A DNA stretch of 64,000 nt from Candidatus Helarchaeota archaeon. GTDB lineage: Archaea; Asgardarchaeota; Lokiarchaeia; Helarchaeales; RDOG01. The translations under genes were made by a program, and so were the position numbers. The DNA lies in contig JAHPZH010000002.1 in NCBI GenBank assembly GCA_019058315.1, positions 288,001 to 352,000 on the forward strand, given 5' to 3'. Positions 60,232 through 64,000 of the stretch are shown piece by piece (the first letter of the stretch is position 1; the number at the start of each line of letters is the position of its first letter). The notes below the pieces were generated by a model, which saw only the letters and a list, made by a program, of their open reading frames with translations, was not told where the DNA came from and made no database searches.

Positions 60232-60972
60232 ATGTTAACGAAATATTTTTCAATTGTAGGTTATTCAGATTCTGGAAAAACTTTTGTAATTGAGAAAATA
60301 ATTAAACATCTAGTTAAAAAAGGATATAAAGTAGGAGTATGTAAATATATCCATCATTCAGGATTTGGCATTGATATTCCAGACAAGGATACAACAAAAT
60401 TTTATGAAAATGGAGCTAAAATCATTTCATATGTTTCTCCAGATGCAAATGGTATAATAAATATTGAAAAAGAAGGCACAAGTTCAACTTTAAGAAATAT
60501 TGAGAATAAAGTTGATTATTTAATCCTAGAAGGATTTAGAAATTTAACTGGAGTGCCTAGAATGGCAATTATTAAGGAGGAATCAGACCTAAAAAGCCTT
60601 TTAGACGAATTTACTATAGGAATAACCAGTCATCTAATAGATCTATCCAAACATAATTTATTTATCAAGGATGAGAATATCCCATCTTTTGTTGAGAAAA
60701 GAGCTCTTCCACCTATGACTTCATTAAATTGTCAAAAATGTGGCTATGATTCATGCAAGGCATTCTACAAAGCTTTACTAATGGAAAAAGAAGATAGATC
60801 TAAATGTGTTCTTCAAATTAGAAATATAAAATTATTTGTTAATAAAAAATTACTCCTAATTAACCCATTTGTAGAAGATGTGTTTAGAAATGTAATATCG
60901 GGTATTGTTGAGACCTTACAAAGACCAGATGAAAAAATTAATTCAATTGATATCAATATTAAAATTGAATAA
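60232..60972 (+). CDS. mobB: Molybdopterin-guanine dinucleotide biosynthesis protein MobB with FeS domain
   Basis: GYSDSGKT, KYIHH, DKDT, ILEGF, LNCQKCGYDSC...C, NPFV tail. Confidence 0.88.
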   Translation: MLTKYFSIVGYSDSGKTFVIEKIIKHLVKKGYKVGVCKYIHHSGFGIDIPDKDTTKFYENGAKIISYVSPDANGIINIEKEGTSSTLRNIENKVDYLILEGFRNLTGVPRMAIIKEESDLKSLLDEFTIGITSHLIDLSKHNLFIKDENIPSFVEKRALPPMTSLNCQKCGYDSCKAFYKALLMEKEDRSKCVLQIRNIKLFVNKKLLLINPFVEDVFRNVISGIVETLQRPDEKINSIDINIKIE

Positions 60973-61051
60973 AAATTAAAATTTTGTAATAATATTGAAT
61001 TAATATTATATTTTTTACTAAATTTTTAAAAATAAATGGAAGATCCATAAA

Positions 61052-62182
61052 ATGCCCAAAGGAATTTTTATATTTAGTAATGGTGCTCAAGATATTACAA
61101 AAGTTGAAGCTAAATATCCCGAAGATTTAATAATATCAGATAAAATTCTTAATATAATAAAATTATCTCATGAAATTAAAGAAGGTTATAGTTTTTCAAC
61201 CATAATTATTGGTAAATCTAAATTTGCATCTCTTTATACAGGTCCGGAATTTAATCATTTTATTAATTTATATTTGACCGATGAGGATGATTCTGTAATT
61301 TTTGAAAATGCACTCTCATATTATAGTAATAAAATAATGAAGAACATCTCAACTGATAAATTTGAAGAAGTTCTTCCAGGAATTTACGAAGAAATTTCAT
61401 TATATCCAACTTTTGATGAAGAACAAAAATTAGCAATTGCTTATAATAATGAAATTAAACGTTTAATTATGCAAAAATTAATTGTAAATGCATTTATTTC
61501 AAAAAAAGATTTATTAGATTGGTTAAAAGAAGAATTACAAATAAAAGGGCTCAATATAGATCCTATTCTTGATTCCTTAATGAAACTTGATTTAGTAAAA
61601 AAATCGGGTATTAAAGACATATCAGATGAATATGTATTTTGTACAGGGGATTTTTTTATAACCCGTTTACCACCGTCAGAAATAGTTGAATTAGTTGATA
61701 AAAAAAAGATACCTGAATCAATAGCTTCGGAATTTTTTTCTAAAGTAAAGGATTTTTTTCAAAATTATTCACCTACATCAGAAGATGCAGAAATAATAGC
61801 AGAAATAATTAGTGATTTAGATTGTTACAATACTTTAAAATTATTAAGATTATCTCCAGCAACTAAGAAAGGGTTTTCAAGTGTAGGAAATAAAATAAAA
61901 GATTTGGATTTAACTCTACAGAAATTTCAATCAAACAAAATTTCAGATATAATAAAGGATGAAAAGGGTCGTGAATATCATTTCTTAATAACTGATATTC
62001 GTATAAAAAAATTCTTTCCAGAATATTTACTGAAAATAATATTAAAAAGTTATAATGAGAAATCTGTTCCTAATTCCGTTGTATTGGATAATTTGGAACT
62101 TTTAATAAATACATATGATGATGAAATGGAACGTATTAAAGAAGAAGAGAAAAGGAAAGAAATGGAAGGAGAAAATGAATAA
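61052..62182 (+). CDS. Asgard-type hypothetical protein (possible N-terminal longin/uDENN-like domain plus winged helices)
   Basis: MPKGIFIF...EAKYP start and later wHTH-like segments; family assignment is tentative. Confidence 0.7.
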   Translation: MPKGIFIFSNGAQDITKVEAKYPEDLIISDKILNIIKLSHEIKEGYSFSTIIIGKSKFASLYTGPEFNHFINLYLTDEDDSVIFENALSYYSNKIMKNISTDKFEEVLPGIYEEISLYPTFDEEQKLAIAYNNEIKRLIMQKLIVNAFISKKDLLDWLKEELQIKGLNIDPILDSLMKLDLVKKSGIKDISDEYVFCTGDFFITRLPPSEIVELVDKKKIPESIASEFFSKVKDFFQNYSPTSEDAEIIAEIISDLDCYNTLKLLRLSPATKKGFSSVGNKIKDLDLTLQKFQSNKISDIIKDEKGREYHFLITDIRIKKFFPEYLLKIILKSYNEKSVPNSVVLDNLELLINTYDDEMERIKEEEKRKEMEGENE

Positions 62183-63266
62183 TGAGAGGACGTTTAAATT
62201 GAGAAGAAAAACCAAAATATTATTCATCGCAAATCTTTTAATCATTTTTATGATTTTTTCAATTCAAAACTCATCTAATACTTGCACTTTGGAGAATTTT
62301 CAGAAGCAATATGCTTATAATGGTATAGATAAGTCAAAAGAAGTAAAATTAATCTATAATGCTGATAATGCGACTCTTATAAACGGAAGTTTAGTCAGTC
62401 TTTATGAGATCGATTTATATAGATTTGAAAGCTGCAATATCACTTTCAATTATACTGATGCAATAAATAATAAGACCATTGATGGTGCAGATGCAAATTT
62501 TACGTGGTATAAAAAAAATGATCCATCTGTTATATACAATGGGACTTTAATAAATAGTAGCAGTGGGATTTACATTCTAGATTTTAATACTTCATCAAGA
62601 GAAATTGGAGATTATATTATTGATGTTTATATTAAAATTACTAATTATACAAAACCGACTTTAATTGTTAAATTGTCGATCAACCGTAGATCCACTAAGT
62701 TATTAACTCTAACAGGTACAACCCTTAAAATCGAAAGAGGGACCATATTCCCTATTCTATTTTTCTTAGAGGATTCTATAAATGGAACAAATTTGGAGGA
62801 TTTTCCTCTTAAATGGATTATGGGCTATTTTTCAGGTGAATTGATTTCTTTAAAAGATGGGTTATATATGTTTCCTATTCCTACTTCATTATTTGAAATA
62901 GGCTCTAATATTTTTATTTTAGACTCATCATCCGTCAATGACTATAATATAGAAAGTTCAACTGTAATACTTGATATAACATGGGAAAAAATATTGGGAA
63001 TAGATGCTCCAATATTTTACGCAATTTTAATTATATCTATAATAGTTTGTGTTTGTATTTTGTTATATATTTTTATAAAAAGATTATCTAAGCCAAAAGC
63101 TATTAGAAAAATTCATGATAGCATTAAAAAGATTGAAAAAGATATAAGACCAATATCCATTACTGAAATAAGGAGTCGTGAGGAGATCTATAACAGTTTA
63201 TTCAAAAAAGACTGGGAAAAAATTAATAAACACCCCAAAATTACTCCTAAAAAACCAGTTGATTAA
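62175..63266 (+). CDS. Surface protein with Ig-like beta repeats and C-terminal TM anchor
   Basis: N-terminal hydrophobic segment, N/T-rich beta domains (GIYILDFNT, GLYMFPIPT), many NxS/T sequons, TM near the C-terminus; start moved to ATG 62175. Confidence 0.8.
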   Translation: MNNERTFKLRRKTKILFIANLLIIFMIFSIQNSSNTCTLENFQKQYAYNGIDKSKEVKLIYNADNATLINGSLVSLYEIDLYRFESCNITFNYTDAINNKTIDGADANFTWYKKNDPSVIYNGTLINSSSGIYILDFNTSSREIGDYIIDVYIKITNYTKPTLIVKLSINRRSTKLLTLTGTTLKIERGTIFPILFFLEDSINGTNLEDFPLKWIMGYFSGELISLKDGLYMFPIPTSLFEIGSNIFILDSSSVNDYNIESSTVILDITWEKILGIDAPIFYAILIISIIVCVCILLYIFIKRLSKPKAIRKIHDSIKKIEKDIRPISITEIRSREEIYNSLFKKDWEKINKHPKITPKKPVD

Positions 63267-63313
63267 AGATATTAAATATTAAAAAAAAATTACTTAATTT
63301 ATTGTGATTATAA

Positions 63314-63721
63314 TTGTCAAAATGGTACGAGGAAGAAGCAATAAAAGAATGGATTGAAATTGCAATAAAACTTCACAGAAATTTTATCAATATCGGACTT
63401 GCACTTGGTATTAGGGCTTCCGTTGTTGGGATGAAAGCGTTAGGGGTCGATAGGAGTAAAATTGAGAAGGCAGAAGTGTGGGGAGTAAAGTGTTTTGGTG
63501 AAGCTGTTGAAGTAATGACTGGTTGTAAACTAATTAGGGAAAAATTAGTTTTTCATGAAATATATGAACCACCACTTAAACCAAAATTAATTTTATGGAC
63601 AATTAATAATAAAGCTATATTAGAATTACTAGCAAGAGAATTTAAGAACGAAGATGAAGTTTTTAACGCTCCTGAAGAAGAAGTTTTTGAAAATGTGACA
63701 ATATCAAATATAAATTTGTAA
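63314..63721 (+). CDS. Short FmdE-like protein
   Basis: KLH...GLALGIRA...KCFGEAVEVMTGC. Confidence 0.75.
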   Translation: MSKWYEEEAIKEWIEIAIKLHRNFINIGLALGIRASVVGMKALGVDRSKIEKAEVWGVKCFGEAVEVMTGCKLIREKLVFHEIYEPPLKPKLILWTINNKAILELLAREFKNEDEVFNAPEEEVFENVTISNINL

Positions 63722-63916
63722 GTCCAGTCATAAGAAAATTCCAAATAAACATCTTAGTCTCTAATGATTTCAATTACTTTATCAATACCAAAAGCTTTAA
63801 TTGAAATTTAAATTTGTTTTTTAGTAAAAAAAATATGAAAATTTTTTGATTTGGTGAACTTTGGCTAAGTTTAAAGAATAAAATTTTCCTTTTTTATTTT
63901 ATTCCATACCAAATCT

Positions 63917-64000
63917 TTAATTTTGAAGTTTTTCAAGCTCTTCGAATAATTTTATATTTTTAGGAATGTCTTTCATTGAATTACCATAATAGGCATACTG
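63917..64000 (-). CDS. Possible 3' end of a gene entering from beyond the window
   Basis: Open frame QYAYYGNSMKDIPKNIKLFEELEKLQN*. Confidence 0.4.
   Translation of the reverse strand, partial: QYAYYGNSMKDIPKNIKLFEELEKLQN

Noticed and set aside
1495-63744. The many 60-136 aa ORFs antisense to or overlapping larger genes (for example 2040-2450, 25279-25521, 27285-27590, 29332-29643, 12105-12392)
   Set aside because: Shadow frames of well-supported genes with no recognisable motifs

Overview
AT-rich archaeal DNA from an Asgard archaeon, most like Lokiarchaeia/Helarchaeales (inferred from gene content). Supporting features are a conserved Asgard-type actin, Rab- and MglA-like GTPases, a JAMM protease, longin-like proteins, aRF1, two thermosome subunits and a BHB-intron tRNA. 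The first 39 kb is mostly housekeeping (ndk, icd, trpS, argF'/lysK, t6A genes, a thermosome-sHsp-grpE-dnaK-dnaJ cluster, aRF1, XPD) mixed with eukaryotic-signature genes. The 39-61 kb stretch is a catabolic and cofactor region: AOR-FeS-SCP2-ADH, corrinoid protein-MT2 methyltransferase-glycyl radical enzyme, an acyl-CoA ligase, and an ECF transporter operon divergent from mobB. Best candidates for undescribed biology: (1) a 937-aa protein convergent with actin that has a FYVE-spaced zinc finger, about 17 tandem 24/25-aa repeats and a C-terminal LKKV (WH2/thymosin-like) motif; (2) an ECF importer with three membrane-anchored molybdopterin-oxidoreductase-fold proteins under a ModE-box-like palindrome, possibly scavenging Mo/W-pterin cofactor; (3) an unassigned glycyl radical enzyme linked to an MtsAB-like corrinoid methyltransferase pair. 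I saw no CRISPR array, integrase, transposase or reverse transcriptase. All family calls come from reading motifs by eye, not from database searches.
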